DNA of 64,000 bases from a virus (IMGVR_UViG_3300037504_000213:12274-76273), one strand, 5' to 3'; counted from the stretch's first letter, positions 9,864 through 20,405 are shown. Notes: generated from the sequence alone by a model not told the origin. A program made the numbers and translations.

Positions 9864-11193
9864 TTTGCATACCTCCAATTATTGCTTCTTTTTGCGCCTC
9901 TTTTTCTTCTATAGCCTTTTGGTATTCAGATTCATCAAATGGAAGGCTGGAGAGTTCGTGCATGAACTCACTGATTTTTTGTGTTGGCATGATATAGCCC
10001 TTGTCTGTCATAAGGCCAATAAACGCCCCCATCTTCTCAAGATCATAAGACATTGAGCTTGCTGGTTTAAACCTTGGTGCCTTGGTCAAGTCCATTCCGT
10101 TTATTCGCATCAGCCTTGGAATGGCAAATCTGTTTAAGACATCAGATATTCTAGTGTTCATAACATCGATTGCTTGAAACAGAACATCAATAACGCGATC
10201 TGCCAATGCCTGAGTTCCAGTTGCGCTCATACCAAGAAAAATAAATTGTGCCAGTGCTGACATAGCCATTCTTTGCTCATAACGTTCAATAACGCCATGA
10301 AATGTGCCAGCCTGAAAACTGCCAGCGTTAAGCAACTCCAGCCTGATGCCCTTTCCTTCCTTGGCACCCTGGCCCATCTTTGCATATGGCAATACCACAC
10401 CGCCACGCTCATCAATGCGAATGTCTTCAACTATTTGCTCTAGCTTTCCGCTTTCAATATCCTCTCTTGCCTCGTCTGAGGCATAGATCACTGGGAAGCC
10501 AGCACCCATGCGTTCTAGGGCTATTGCCTCTACTTCGCCAAGCCTTGTTGCATAATAATACGGAACATAGGCGTTCCTGAGCACAGATCTTCCTTCTGGC
10601 CTTGCCGAACCACCATAAGTATTGAATAGCAGCATCTTTTCTATACTAACGTCAATTAGCTCACCACCCTCAGCACGTAGGTCTTGCCTGATCGACATTA
10701 AGCCGCCATGTGCATCTAGCCCCCAAGGTTCATCTACATAAAGGCTTTCTGCATCCCACGGTGCCCACTTACGCCACCCTATTTTCCCGTCATCGTATTT
10801 ACTTGGCGTCGTGGCATCAAGCCCACGTCTGTATTTATATACAATTTCAAACACACTGAAACCATAATAAAGCATGGTGAATATCTGGCTTAGCGTATCA
10901 GACCATGAATGCGTCATGTCTTTCCAGCACTCGTCAACAAACTGAAATTCTTGTTCTCCGTCAGGTGCTGGCTCAAGTTTCCACTCAACAGACATAGCCA
11001 TTAGCTGTATCGCCATGACGATAGCACCAAGCACTGGATTGTTATCGCGCATCTCCCTATACGTCTTAAGGCCCTTTGCGCCCTTAAGGGACGGGAGGAA
11101 ATCATCATACAGCTGGTTGTCATAGCGGTGCGGATCGTAATTGCCGTATTCTTGAAATTTACCGCGTCTTGGCCTGCCACGTAATCTAGGCAT
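9796..11193 (-). CDS. Portal protein (DUF935/Mu gp29-like)
   Basis: YREMRDN, YGFSVFEIVYK, DGKIGWRKW, PEGRSVLRNAY, ERMGAGFP motifs. Confidence 0.85.
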   Translation of the reverse strand: MPRLRGRPRRGKFQEYGNYDPHRYDNQLYDDFLPSLKGAKGLKTYREMRDNNPVLGAIVMAIQLMAMSVEWKLEPAPDGEQEFQFVDECWKDMTHSWSDTLSQIFTMLYYGFSVFEIVYKYRRGLDATTPSKYDDGKIGWRKWAPWDAESLYVDEPWGLDAHGGLMSIRQDLRAEGGELIDVSIEKMLLFNTYGGSARPEGRSVLRNAYVPYYYATRLGEVEAIALERMGAGFPVIYASDEAREDIESGKLEQIVEDIRIDERGGVVLPYAKMGQGAKEGKGIRLELLNAGSFQAGTFHGVIERYEQRMAMSALAQFIFLGMSATGTQALADRVIDVLFQAIDVMNTRISDVLNRFAIPRLMRINGMDLTKAPRFKPASSMSYDLEKMGAFIGLMTDKGYIMPTQKISEFMHELSSLPFDESEYQKAIEEKEAQKEAIIGGMQNDEDGLDSEPEGESEPDTETEE

Positions 11194-12871
11194 ACTTAAA
11201 ATTCCTTCTTCCGCTTCCTAATAAACTCTTTGTCGGGTTTCGCCATTTGGATGGTCTTCTTGGTCCTCTAGGGCTTGCGTGATAATATGGTTTGTTAACC
11301 ATACACAACACAAAAGCGTCTGCAAAGTCTGGGGATCGCCCAATCCTGGATTTAATCTTAGACTTTTTGTGAACATACCTTCTGTTTCTGGCATCTGTAT
11401 CCCATGTGATGCTCGTTAGCTCACTTAGCAACATTTCGTAGTCTTCTTCTTCTATTCTGCTAAGATCCACTGGTGTGTCAGCCAAGGTTTGCGCTATGGC
11501 AAAATGTGTTTCAGACCGTAAGTAGTCATACTGTTCTGGTACATTTGGAGATGCCCCGCCATTGTATGGAACTATATCCCAGTTTGGTGGTGCCTTGGTG
11601 GATAGAATATCTGTAATAGCACCGCCACTTCCAACATCGTCTATCCTAACAGTAACTCTGTCATCTCTGTTTGCGACCATTAAAATACTGTGTAGTGCCC
11701 TGTTGGCACTGTCATCCAAATCTGCCTTTATCCAATACTCACACTTAAATACAACCCAACCACGTCTAAAAAACAAAACTGTCTTATCGGCACCATGTCT
11801 TGCCACATCAATGCCAACTGTAAGTGGCAAGTCGTTAAGACTATCCCAGTCCGTACTGCCATCTTCTTCAGAGTATGTTTCTCTCATTCTCGCCTGTTCA
11901 ATATGCGTAATGTTGAACAAGTTGTCTGTTTGCGTTGTAGGAAAGCGGCCAAGCATCTTAGCTTCTGCCATAGGCTTGGGCTTGTACCACTCATTACTGT
12001 TAGGAGGAAACTCAAAGCAGTCTGGGGTAATTTCATTCATCGATACACGTTGGCACCACATTGGGTTGGTCAACTTGTCTTCAATCCAGTCCAACGTAAC
12101 AGCACCTGGAAAAATTGGTGGTTTGCCATCAAGTTGTGCCTGAATGTTTGGGTGCTCTAGCGTAGACACAGTAATAACATGCCAGCTGTTGTCTTTTTGG
12201 GCACGCCGTGCAGCATTATAAAAATAACCATGAGACACAGTCGGGTTGCCAATAGCTAAGATATGGTTGCTTTGTCCAGTTGCAATAGAGTCTAGGCCCA
12301 TCCATACCTCTGGCGCAATGCCAGGCCCCTCATCAAGGACAACAAGCATGTGCTCTGCGTGACGACCCTGCATTGCCGTACTTCCCATTTCATCTGAGCT
12401 TTTAGATACTTTGGGAGACATACCGTAAGCAAGGTGTTTTGGTGAATACTCATCTTTAATACGTAGCGTTAGTGGTTCCCCTGGTGCGTCATTGGGCCTA
12501 AGGTCATTGATCTCGCTCCACAAAACATCTTTGACCTGTGGCCACGTTGGAGCCGTTGTGATAGTTAAGGATGGATCAAATGAATCAAAATGCCAGTTAA
12601 CCAGGGCCGCCGCCAAGAACGTCTTACCAACTCCATGCCCAGCCTTTACAAGTACGCGACGGTATTTCTGTACAGCATTCGCAATCTCTATCTGCTTGCT
12701 CCACAGCTTTACGCCAAGGATATTGTGTGCATATCCTACTGGATCGTTGGGATAAGCAGAGAAGCGCCTGTAGTTTTCTAGGCGCTTCTGCTCATCTTCG
12801 AGGTATGCTTTTAACTCCTGAAGTTCATCAGGATCCATTTCGTCAATCCATTGCAGTTCGGCTCTCGGCAA
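11186..12871 (-). CDS. terL: Terminase large subunit
   Basis: Walker A AGHGVGKT, Walker B LVVLDEG, IGNP, nuclease VGIDVARHGADKT and SPDFADA. Confidence 0.92.
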   Translation of the reverse strand: MPRAELQWIDEMDPDELQELKAYLEDEQKRLENYRRFSAYPNDPVGYAHNILGVKLWSKQIEIANAVQKYRRVLVKAGHGVGKTFLAAALVNWHFDSFDPSLTITTAPTWPQVKDVLWSEINDLRPNDAPGEPLTLRIKDEYSPKHLAYGMSPKVSKSSDEMGSTAMQGRHAEHMLVVLDEGPGIAPEVWMGLDSIATGQSNHILAIGNPTVSHGYFYNAARRAQKDNSWHVITVSTLEHPNIQAQLDGKPPIFPGAVTLDWIEDKLTNPMWCQRVSMNEITPDCFEFPPNSNEWYKPKPMAEAKMLGRFPTTQTDNLFNITHIEQARMRETYSEEDGSTDWDSLNDLPLTVGIDVARHGADKTVLFFRRGWVVFKCEYWIKADLDDSANRALHSILMVANRDDRVTVRIDDVGSGGAITDILSTKAPPNWDIVPYNGGASPNVPEQYDYLRSETHFAIAQTLADTPVDLSRIEEEDYEMLLSELTSITWDTDARNRRYVHKKSKIKSRIGRSPDFADAFVLCMVNKPYYHASPRGPRRPSKWRNPTKSLLGSGRRNFKYA

Positions 12872-13385
12872 GCCGCTTATCCTCCAGTCTTCCCTTCGCC
12901 ATTTCGCTTAGCCTACTCATTTGCTCCATAATATCTTTCTTGAGCTGCTTCTTGTTTTTTGCAGAACGACTATTAGTTGTTTTCTCAAACTGTGATGGAA
13001 ACCGCATTCTTAGTGTTTTCTCTGCGTAATCTGGATCCCCATGCGTCTCTCTGCCAGTTGCTCTAGACCACAAAACATTCCATAAATCAGTTTGAACAAA
13101 CGCCTCTGCATAAGATATGCTGTCATAAAGATATAATACAATTTTCTCATATTCAGAAAGCCTATCTTTGTCTAAGGCCCCAGAAGCAATTTGTTCTGAG
13201 ACATAATAAGCATCATCCATCATAGCCTCGAAAATATCGCTGTTGACTCCAGCCATTCTCGCCGCTTCTGTTGGCTTTGTCGCGGAATCCATGATGTGCA
13301 TCTTGATTTTATTAATCTGTTCTTGAGTAATGCTATGACGCATCGTATATAACCATATCGATGTGATTTGCTTTTCTGTACTCAT
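12843..13385 (-). CDS. Terminase small subunit (putative)
   Basis: N-terminal HTH-like AARMAGV, helical protein directly upstream of terL. Confidence 0.6.
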   Translation of the reverse strand: MSTEKQITSIWLYTMRHSITQEQINKIKMHIMDSATKPTEAARMAGVNSDIFEAMMDDAYYVSEQIASGALDKDRLSEYEKIVLYLYDSISYAEAFVQTDLWNVLWSRATGRETHGDPDYAEKTLRMRFPSQFEKTTNSRSAKNKKQLKKDIMEQMSRLSEMAKGRLEDKRLAESRTAMD

Positions 13386-13842
13386 GGTTCTGTCTACAGG
13401 ATGAGTATGGAGAATTAGGAAGAAGAGGGTCTGTCATGTTAGGGTCAATTCCATAACCCTCAAGCTCCCAGTAACTCCTGGAATGCCAACCACGAATCTG
13501 CCTTCCAGTAGTGTGTATGGCCAAGCCACTTCTTTCTGGCTCTGGGTACATCATGACAGTAAAATACTGAAGATCAACACCATCAACCTGCTCTGGCATG
13601 GCAACCTCGTAACCGCTCTGCCGATGCCTGTTGGCATTGTGATACCTGTTGTCTTCCATGCGTATCAATGTCCTTAACCAGGGTTCATCATGGCGTCCAG
13701 CGTATTCTTTATTGCACTCAACACATAAAGAAAATCTTTTAGAAGACAATCTTCTGTTGCATATTGCGCAATGTTTTTTATCTATTTGATACCTGTTGTC
13801 CCTTATTGTTGTCATCATCATCACCATTACTGTGACATTCAA
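13333..13842 (-). CDS. Zn-finger hypothetical protein
   Basis: CAIC...CVEC; start uncertain. Confidence 0.5.
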   Translation of the reverse strand: MNVTVMVMMMTTIRDNRYQIDKKHCAICNRRLSSKRFSLCVECNKEYAGRHDEPWLRTLIRMEDNRYHNANRHRQSGYEVAMPEQVDGVDLQYFTVMMYPEPERSGLAIHTTGRQIRGWHSRSYWELEGYGIDPNMTDPLLPNSPYSSCRQNHEYRKANHIDMVIYDAS

Positions 13843-14827
13843 TCTCTTCCCTAATACTGTCTTTTAAAGACAGCCACCACGAAGATACAGTCTGCTGAGC
13901 AACACCATAGTGCTCACCTATTGTGCGTTGTAGGTGATTCTGCAATATTGCTGCCAAGATCCATTTGTCATGATCAGACAAACCCTCTACAACCGCCTTA
14001 AGCTCTGGGTTTTCAAACTCAAGTATTTCCAAAGGATCGCCCTGGAACTCAGTTATGGTCTTGGTCGGTACGCTTGAGTTAATTTCAGCAACCTCTGGGT
14101 GTTCATCAAGCCAAGTCACCAGGTCACTTAACTTGCTGGACTTCATTGGCATTTCTTTGTCAACTGCCCTTAGCCATTCAATATCCTTCTCTGTATCCAC
14201 CTCAACTCTATACTTTGGACGCCAATAAATATCGTCGTCCTTTAGTACACCAACCCTTATCTTTGAAGCATCCTTGAGGTCATTAATGTTCTTGTACATC
14301 CATTGTCCAGCGTGCTCAAGGTCATCCTTAGACTTGCTGTTTTCAACAATCATATCCCATGCCTTGATAGACCAAGGGCTTTCGGCTGATCCGTACAGCG
14401 GCCAATTTCGTTTACCATTTGCTGGAAGAGACTTTGGTATCATGACATCCATGTTGTGTAATGCCATGTGCTCATATGCCCATATTACATTGTTCCACTC
14501 AATGTACGGGCAATCGCCAAGACCCCTGAAGATGTACTTGACATCTGGGAACATGAGCCTCACCAAGTTCATGTTGTGTACAAGGTTGCCCATCTCAGAT
14601 CGCGCAACCTTTATGCCACGCTTTTTAGCAACCTCAACAATAACGTCGTCACAGCTGTTAATTGTTGTTGCAATAGCAACACTAACATCTGGAGCGAAAA
14701 AAAACAATCGGTCAAGCCATTTTTCAACTAGTGGCTTGCCATTTATGTCTGCCATCATCTTTCCGTGACGTCTCTTTGCGCTCATATGGGCGCATAAGAC
14801 AACTAGCATATCTTTATTCAAACTCAT
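13778..14827 (-). CDS. SpsF/PseF-like cytidylyltransferase fused to a C-terminal sigma70 region-4-like HTH
   Basis: AHMSAKRRHGKMMADINGKP, ATT..CDD, RGLGDCP, RVEVDTEKD; tail LSDHDKWIL...LQRTIGEHYGVAQQTVS; start MSLNKD after GAGGGG. Confidence 0.75.
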   Translation of the reverse strand: MSLNKDMLVVLCAHMSAKRRHGKMMADINGKPLVEKWLDRLFFFAPDVSVAIATTINSCDDVIVEVAKKRGIKVARSEMGNLVHNMNLVRLMFPDVKYIFRGLGDCPYIEWNNVIWAYEHMALHNMDVMIPKSLPANGKRNWPLYGSAESPWSIKAWDMIVENSKSKDDLEHAGQWMYKNINDLKDASKIRVGVLKDDDIYWRPKYRVEVDTEKDIEWLRAVDKEMPMKSSKLSDLVTWLDEHPEVAEINSSVPTKTITEFQGDPLEILEFENPELKAVVEGLSDHDKWILAAILQNHLQRTIGEHYGVAQQTVSSWWLSLKDSIREEIECHSNGDDDDNNKGQQVSNR

Positions 14828-15998
14828 ATGTCCCCTCAAGATATTCAGCGCCAGCACGGGCGGCCATATCTGCCTCAATAACATTGTTGGCAACTACTAT
14901 CACACTTCCAAGCCTATCGCCGTGGCTTTTAACACCATCAAACTTATCGCCAACCTTCTTATATTTGACCTCCATAACGCCAACCGCGCTATTCGTTGAC
15001 GGCATTGGCATTTCATCGTAACATACGGATGGCTCTGGGCCACGTACAATAGTTCCGTTTTTAGGAAAGCCGTAGCGTTGCGAAAACCACTTGCCATTCC
15101 ATGACACATTACCAGAAACATCGTGATCCATGTCAAGGGCGTGCATTATCGCGTGCCCCACAATGTCCATTCCTGGAAACACGGCGTCAAATATATCTGA
15201 CGCCAAGTAGCCGCCACTTAGCCTTGGTGCTATCTCAAGCACATAGATGTTTTCTCCGTCATATATGGTGTCAAGTTTTAATGCGGCTCCCTCTTCTACG
15301 CCGAAGACGTCAGCAACCTCATCAAAAGCCAATTTGTTTATAAGGTAAAGATCGCTGTTGATAACAGGACCAATACAGCCGTCCTCTACTGGATGTGTGC
15401 CAAAGGTTTTGTCGTAATTTCTCATTGCGACACCAATTAGCGGAGAACCAACGACACCCTCCACACTAAACTGCTTTCCTTTTATTTCCTCGGAGACAAT
15501 AATGCTTCTAAGTATCTGTACATTTTTTGCACCCCTGCTTTTATTAGCTGTATATATATAAAAATTACCATGCTTCTTGGGCGGGGACAAGAAACTAACA
15601 TAACCAGCCTTTTGCAATCCAGACAGGGTGCTATAAAGCCCCATTTTGTCAACACTCAGTATCGCAAGTTCTTCTGGAACAGCGGCTTTGCAAGACAACG
15701 ATAGTGCAACTTGACATTGTACATCAGCGGCATCGGTTGCCGCGCACATTACACCATCAACCTCCAACCCGTCAATCAGTTGCTTGTAATACAATTCTCT
15801 GATAATTTCGTCTGCGTCATAGCATGAAGCCTTTACAAAAACATCAGCCTCTTGGACACAAAACGCATTTGGGTCCATGTCAATTGCCACTATGCGACAG
15901 CCAAGCTCCCGTGCACGATTATAGATGCTGGCAGCCTCTATGCCAGCACCCAACATCGCAATTGTCATCCCATTAGCAGCACCACGATCAACCTTCAT
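14814..15998 (-). CDS. ATP-grasp ligase
   Basis: LGAG, IVAIDMDPNA, EEIKGKQFSVE, VLEIAPRLSGG; start uncertain (15968-16049). Confidence 0.75.
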   Translation of the reverse strand: MKVDRGAANGMTIAMLGAGIEAASIYNRARELGCRIVAIDMDPNAFCVQEADVFVKASCYDADEIIRELYYKQLIDGLEVDGVMCAATDAADVQCQVALSLSCKAAVPEELAILSVDKMGLYSTLSGLQKAGYVSFLSPPKKHGNFYIYTANKSRGAKNVQILRSIIVSEEIKGKQFSVEGVVGSPLIGVAMRNYDKTFGTHPVEDGCIGPVINSDLYLINKLAFDEVADVFGVEEGAALKLDTIYDGENIYVLEIAPRLSGGYLASDIFDAVFPGMDIVGHAIMHALDMDHDVSGNVSWNGKWFSQRYGFPKNGTIVRGPEPSVCYDEMPMPSTNSAVGVMEVKYKKVGDKFDGVKSHGDRLGSVIVVANNVIEADMAARAGAEYLEGTYEFE

Positions 15999-16272
15999 CT
16001 GTGCCATCCTCACTCGCATCTCTGGGCGTACGGTCAGATTGTTCCTCAATTCTTAATATCTTAACGACACCAGACCGCCTACAATATCTGGTAGCCTCTG
16101 GCTTTCCATCATCATTTTTAGAAATATCGTATGTCATTGAACCCATTACTTCATGGGCGTGTTGCTTTAGCCACACCTCTGGATCTGTAGCAACAATACC
16201 ATCTTGGTATACCTCATTCTTTACCTCACCACCCAACGATGGGTCGATTTCGATATGTCTAGCAATATACAT
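15988..16272 (-). CDS. Hypothetical protein
   Basis: Fits the operon, GGAG SD. Confidence 0.5.
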   Translation of the reverse strand: MYIARHIEIDPSLGGEVKNEVYQDGIVATDPEVWLKQHAHEVMGSMTYDISKNDDGKPEATRYCRRSGVVKILRIEEQSDRTPRDASEDGTDEG

Positions 16273-16372
16273 TTAATACTCCTTCAGTATTTCATTTACT
16301 TTCGCTACTGCAAAATCAATATCTCTCCATGCAAGTGTTGTAATGTTAGACAGCCGTCTAATTAACTGATCG

Positions 16373-16666
16373 TCAATCACTACATTGCTCACAAGGACAC
16401 TTCTCTTCTGTTGTCTGCGTCTGTCCACCAGCTTTACCTCTGTCAACATGCGTACTCCGTGCACAATATTCTCGTATATTGACAGTCTTATCATCTTTAC
16501 TCCCAAGCGTATTCATGCCAACGTTATTTATGGCTTCGCACACAGCATCCCATACAGACATTGGATCTATGAACGTGTTTGCACTAATACTGTGCGTTCC
16601 ACCCCTAGTGCCCATTGCGAATTCACAGACAACACCTTCTTCATCGACCTGTATAAAAATTTCCAT
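16373..16666 (-). CDS. Hypothetical protein
   Basis: Abuts the upstream gene, SD-like AAGGA. Confidence 0.45.
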   Translation of the reverse strand: MEIFIQVDEEGVVCEFAMGTRGGTHSISANTFIDPMSVWDAVCEAINNVGMNTLGSKDDKTVNIREYCARSTHVDRGKAGGQTQTTEEKCPCEQCSD

Positions 16667-17863
16667 TTATCCTTTATCCTTTATCCAAAGTTGAATTGCA
16701 TCTAACGGCAGTTTGCTTTGCATCGCATAATCCATCTTTACATAGTGTTCTCCTCTCGTAACAGCCCAAACCATGTCAACTGGAAGGCCGTGATCCCCAA
16801 CGAAGCCTACAAACTGCTGTGGTGTTTGCCAATTTTGCTTGTGTGATGGCATAACTGGCACACCCCACGGAAATTGCTTCTCCAAAGGGACCTCAAGAAT
16901 TAAAAGCCCACTTTCGCCTAGCATCGTCCATAGGTGCCATAGCGCAACCTCTGGCTCATCAAGATGTTCAAGCGTGTGGCACGACACAATGAGATCAAAG
17001 CCACCATGTGACTTTTTGTTGATAAGTGCATCTGGCAACGTGTTCCTTTCCATATCCCAATACACAAGGTGATTGCCCTCACTTCTACAATGAGAAAAAT
17101 CAATATCAGCACCAACAACTTCACGCGCATATTTGTTCATTGCATTTGTGCCACTTCCCGTGCCACAGGCTGCATCAAGTGCAAGATCAAACCAGTCAAC
17201 GTCATAGTGCTCAGACGCCAGCTTCAAGAACTTATTATATTTACCGTAATTTCCAAGGTCGTGCCTCTCAAACCAGCTTGGCTTATTTCTAATCTCCTGT
17301 ACTGACATTATATCGCCGTATTCCCTTGGATAGCACGGCGCTGATTTGAACTCATCATCATGATGCAGTATATAGTTCCACGGCCTCATTTTCACGGAGC
17401 TTTCGTGTTCATGTGACGCAAGTTTCTGAACCGCCTCGCGTGAAAGTACGTCAGCACCAGCGTTCACGTTCCAGCTATGTGGAAGATGAACGTAGTCTAG
17501 GTCTTTATCAACAAGGAGTTTTATCTGCTGAGCAATAACTTCCTGAGACGAGTAAAACCTTGGAAAAATAGTTCTGACAATAACATCGTAATTGCATGAT
17601 TCTGCGAAAACCCTCATTTGACCAACAAGATCTTTGTTTGGTAAAAAGTGGCGGCTTGCTATATCCCATATATTGCCGAGATAATCGAAGATGCTATTTT
17701 CTGGACCAAAGTCACTGCAAATCGTCATACCCCAAGAATTGTCAAATGCTCCTGGTGCCCAGTTTGACTTGTCAAGAACATCAAGCCAACTCATGTCATC
17801 AACAATGTCTGTATGGTGGGCCTGAATAAAAACACCTATCTTCTTACCCTTGTACGAACGCAT
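16667..17863 (-). CDS. Degenerate SpsF-like domain fused to a class I SAM methyltransferase
   Basis: N-terminal GVFIQAH...DVIVR...DLDYV; C-terminal LDAACGTGSG, FDLIVSCHTLEHL, GLLILEVP. Confidence 0.75.
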   Translation of the reverse strand: MRSYKGKKIGVFIQAHHTDIVDDMSWLDVLDKSNWAPGAFDNSWGMTICSDFGPENSIFDYLGNIWDIASRHFLPNKDLVGQMRVFAESCNYDVIVRTIFPRFYSSQEVIAQQIKLLVDKDLDYVHLPHSWNVNAGADVLSREAVQKLASHEHESSVKMRPWNYILHHDDEFKSAPCYPREYGDIMSVQEIRNKPSWFERHDLGNYGKYNKFLKLASEHYDVDWFDLALDAACGTGSGTNAMNKYAREVVGADIDFSHCRSEGNHLVYWDMERNTLPDALINKKSHGGFDLIVSCHTLEHLDEPEVALWHLWTMLGESGLLILEVPLEKQFPWGVPVMPSHKQNWQTPQQFVGFVGDHGLPVDMVWAVTRGEHYVKMDYAMQSKLPLDAIQLWIKDKG

Positions 17864-18626
17864 TGACCTTCTCCTCAATTTTGTCTGCAATCCTGCACGC
17901 AGCGTCACTCCTGACAACCCTTTCTGGTCTATTGTACATTAATCTGTCAATTACGTCGGCCAAGTCTTCCCATCGCATATCTTCGTTTACAAAAAACACC
18001 TCTTGTGCAACACCACGCTCTAACATTAACATGGCATCATCCATTCTTTTCTGATCCACCGCCAGCAACACAACTGGCTTTCTCATGGCGTTGGCCTCAT
18101 AGGCAATGCGCCCTGGCGCAGTCAAAACGACTGCACTGTGACCAACGACATTATACCACGCTTGATGCGGAATCTCAACGACATTTTTAGGTATCTCGTA
18201 ATCCTGTTGCACAAGATTACCCCTCCCAAGCATAAACTTCATGGTAGGCCAATTCGTTGCAAGTTCGGCAAGAACGCTGTTACCAAGATCATCAACATCA
18301 GAGGAACCAAACGCAACTGCCACATAACCATCAGACCTTGTGTTCTGAAACCACTTCTTATCAACCACAACGTCCTGCACGCTATCAACAAGCTCGCTAT
18401 AATATATCGTTAGCGGAAGAAAGTATCTTCCGTCGGCCTTCCACCAGTCATACACGACAGCATCTGTATCGTGATCTGGGGTAAAGACCTGATCCACGTT
18501 TAGCCTGTAGAGCCATGCGTCATGGCCCCTATTTCTCATCTCTTGAACGATAGGTTCACACCTTGCCGCATGACCGCCACCACAGCAAGTGTCATATGAA
18601 ACAACAAAATCCACTTTCATAACCAA
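17844..18626 (-). CDS. PseG/SpsG-like nucleotide-sugar hydrolase (GT28 fold)
   Basis: GGGHAARC, VAFGSSD, APGRIAYEA correspond to PseG GxGHxxRC, FGGSD, AGGSTxYE. Confidence 0.7.
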   Translation of the reverse strand: MVMKVDFVVSYDTCCGGGHAARCEPIVQEMRNRGHDAWLYRLNVDQVFTPDHDTDAVVYDWWKADGRYFLPLTIYYSELVDSVQDVVVDKKWFQNTRSDGYVAVAFGSSDVDDLGNSVLAELATNWPTMKFMLGRGNLVQQDYEIPKNVVEIPHQAWYNVVGHSAVVLTAPGRIAYEANAMRKPVVLLAVDQKRMDDAMLMLERGVAQEVFFVNEDMRWEDLADVIDRLMYNRPERVVRSDAACRIADKIEEKVNAFVQG

Positions 18627-19258
18627 TATCCTTCTCTATATGGATTTAGGGCCGAAACATCATCTCTTTTTGTAGGACCAATAAATGGCATGTCCATTAT
18701 ATCAAAAAAATTTATCTCTGTAAATAGAGCTTTATGAGGACTTCTCGACACGACATCATTAGTGGCCCTTTCCCTTATGACCAGTTCTCTGACGCCCCAA
18801 TAATTTTTTACATTTCTTGGCCCAACACGCCAGTCGTCGTTCAAGCAGCCGCCGTACATTCTATTAGATATAAGTGTCCTCCAAAATTCATTGGAAGACG
18901 ACAGTCTAAGCCTTGCGCCTCCCCACCCAACCTGAGACGGGGGAGTAACAATCTTAACCTTAACGCCATCAATTTTTGTTCTTACTATCTGCCCCTTTCT
19001 CATTACCTTTCGCTTGTAGTCAAGTTCAAATTCAGCCTCTATGCCAGCGTCTTGCACAGCACCCCTTATATGTGCCCAGGTGTAAGAGGTAAAAGGCTTG
19101 AGGTGCCCGTAAGGAAGTCCAAGTGCGGTAACAGCCATAACGTTTTCATGTAACATATAGACATCACCGCACGGAACCAACTTGGCGTAAACGCTCTTAA
19201 ACAACACTTTGACTTCTTCAAATATCCTTTTGCCCTCTTCAAGAGTTACGCATTTCAT
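18617..19258 (-). CDS. Minimal DNA polymerase X-like protein, degenerate active site
   Basis: WGGARLRLSSSNEF and TEINFFDIMDMPFIGPTKR match the PolX WG..LL..TGS..F and E..IF..LG..YI.P..R motifs; GS.RR and DxD are not conserved. Confidence 0.6.
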   Translation of the reverse strand: MKCVTLEEGKRIFEEVKVLFKSVYAKLVPCGDVYMLHENVMAVTALGLPYGHLKPFTSYTWAHIRGAVQDAGIEAEFELDYKRKVMRKGQIVRTKIDGVKVKIVTPPSQVGWGGARLRLSSSNEFWRTLISNRMYGGCLNDDWRVGPRNVKNYWGVRELVIRERATNDVVSRSPHKALFTEINFFDIMDMPFIGPTKRDDVSALNPYREGYWL

Positions 19259-20405
19259 TTAACACCTCTACTGCTTCTTTCGCCAACGATATGGCATCTT
19301 CCTTGGTGTGTATAAGTGTTGCAAAGTTTGGACGCCACACTAGATGCCCGCGCCGTAGCAATTCCATACTAAACTTTTTCATAACACTGTCTGGCACATC
19401 AAACCATGTTCGCGTTGGGTTGTTTCCAACAATGCGATAAGAAATATAGTTTTCGTTCGCAAGGCCATTGAACGTTGACATAAGTGTATCACCAACACTG
19501 TAAATGTGATCGTAAAGCTCTGGGTGATCTCTATAATACTTCAAGTTTAACTGTGCCGCCCGTAAACCACGCGGGTGTCCAAAATATGTCCTACTGAAAT
19601 GAACATGTTTCCCGTGAAAGGGTGAGAGCATTAACATTACATCTTTGTTGCCAACAACAGCACTAATGGGTTCGTCACCGCCAAGCGCCTTACCATAACA
19701 GGCCAAATCTGGTATGACACCATAATGCTCAGTCGCACCGCCAATCCCGTAACGGAACCCAGTCACCACCTCGTCAAAGATTAACAATGCTCCGAGCTTG
19801 TCGCACACTTCTCTGCATTGTGTCAAAAATTCTTTGTATTCCTTATATGGCATTTTGCCATCGTCTTCAACAATAATAGCGGCTACTGAACCAGCCATTT
19901 TTGTATTTCTTAGCCACTGCAAAGAGTGTTTATCCAGCTTCAGTATATTGTTGTTTTTATTGAACTGCGCTTGAGTTCCATACTTTGAGTCTGCCCAGAG
20001 AAAAGATGAGCCATGATAGCCATAGGAATAAACATTCTCTCTGTTGGTATAAGCTATGGCCAGCTTCACAGCCATTTCTGTTGCATCACCTCCACTTAGG
20101 GCAAAACGCGCCATGTGATCCTGCGTGTTTGCCCAAGGCAACACCTCTATCAAAAGCCTTGCGACGCGACTTTCTAGCGGTGAACGAAACGAACCGCATG
20201 GATTGGCCTCTACGCCACCCCAGTAGTTATATCCAAGCAATGGGCCGTATTGACCCATAACCCAACTTGTACACGGATATTCAGAACCGTCACTTGCAAT
20301 CACAGTTTCGTGTACACCTTCACAAATTAACGTCTCGCCATCTAATGGGCGATACTTTAGCGTCCTGCTGTCTAACGACGCACCGCCTGGAACGAGATTA
20401 TCCAT
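19239..20405 (-). CDS. Class III PLP aminotransferase (GSA aminomutase-like)
   Basis: GPLLGY, SGGDATEMAVKLA, GYHG, LIFDEVVTGFR, PDLACYGKALGG. Confidence 0.85.
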   Translation of the reverse strand: MDNLVPGGASLDSRTLKYRPLDGETLICEGVHETVIASDGSEYPCTSWVMGQYGPLLGYNYWGGVEANPCGSFRSPLESRVARLLIEVLPWANTQDHMARFALSGGDATEMAVKLAIAYTNRENVYSYGYHGSSFLWADSKYGTQAQFNKNNNILKLDKHSLQWLRNTKMAGSVAAIIVEDDGKMPYKEYKEFLTQCREVCDKLGALLIFDEVVTGFRYGIGGATEHYGVIPDLACYGKALGGDEPISAVVGNKDVMLMLSPFHGKHVHFSRTYFGHPRGLRAAQLNLKYYRDHPELYDHIYSVGDTLMSTFNGLANENYISYRIVGNNPTRTWFDVPDSVMKKFSMELLRRGHLVWRPNFATLIHTKEDAISLAKEAVEVLNEMRNS

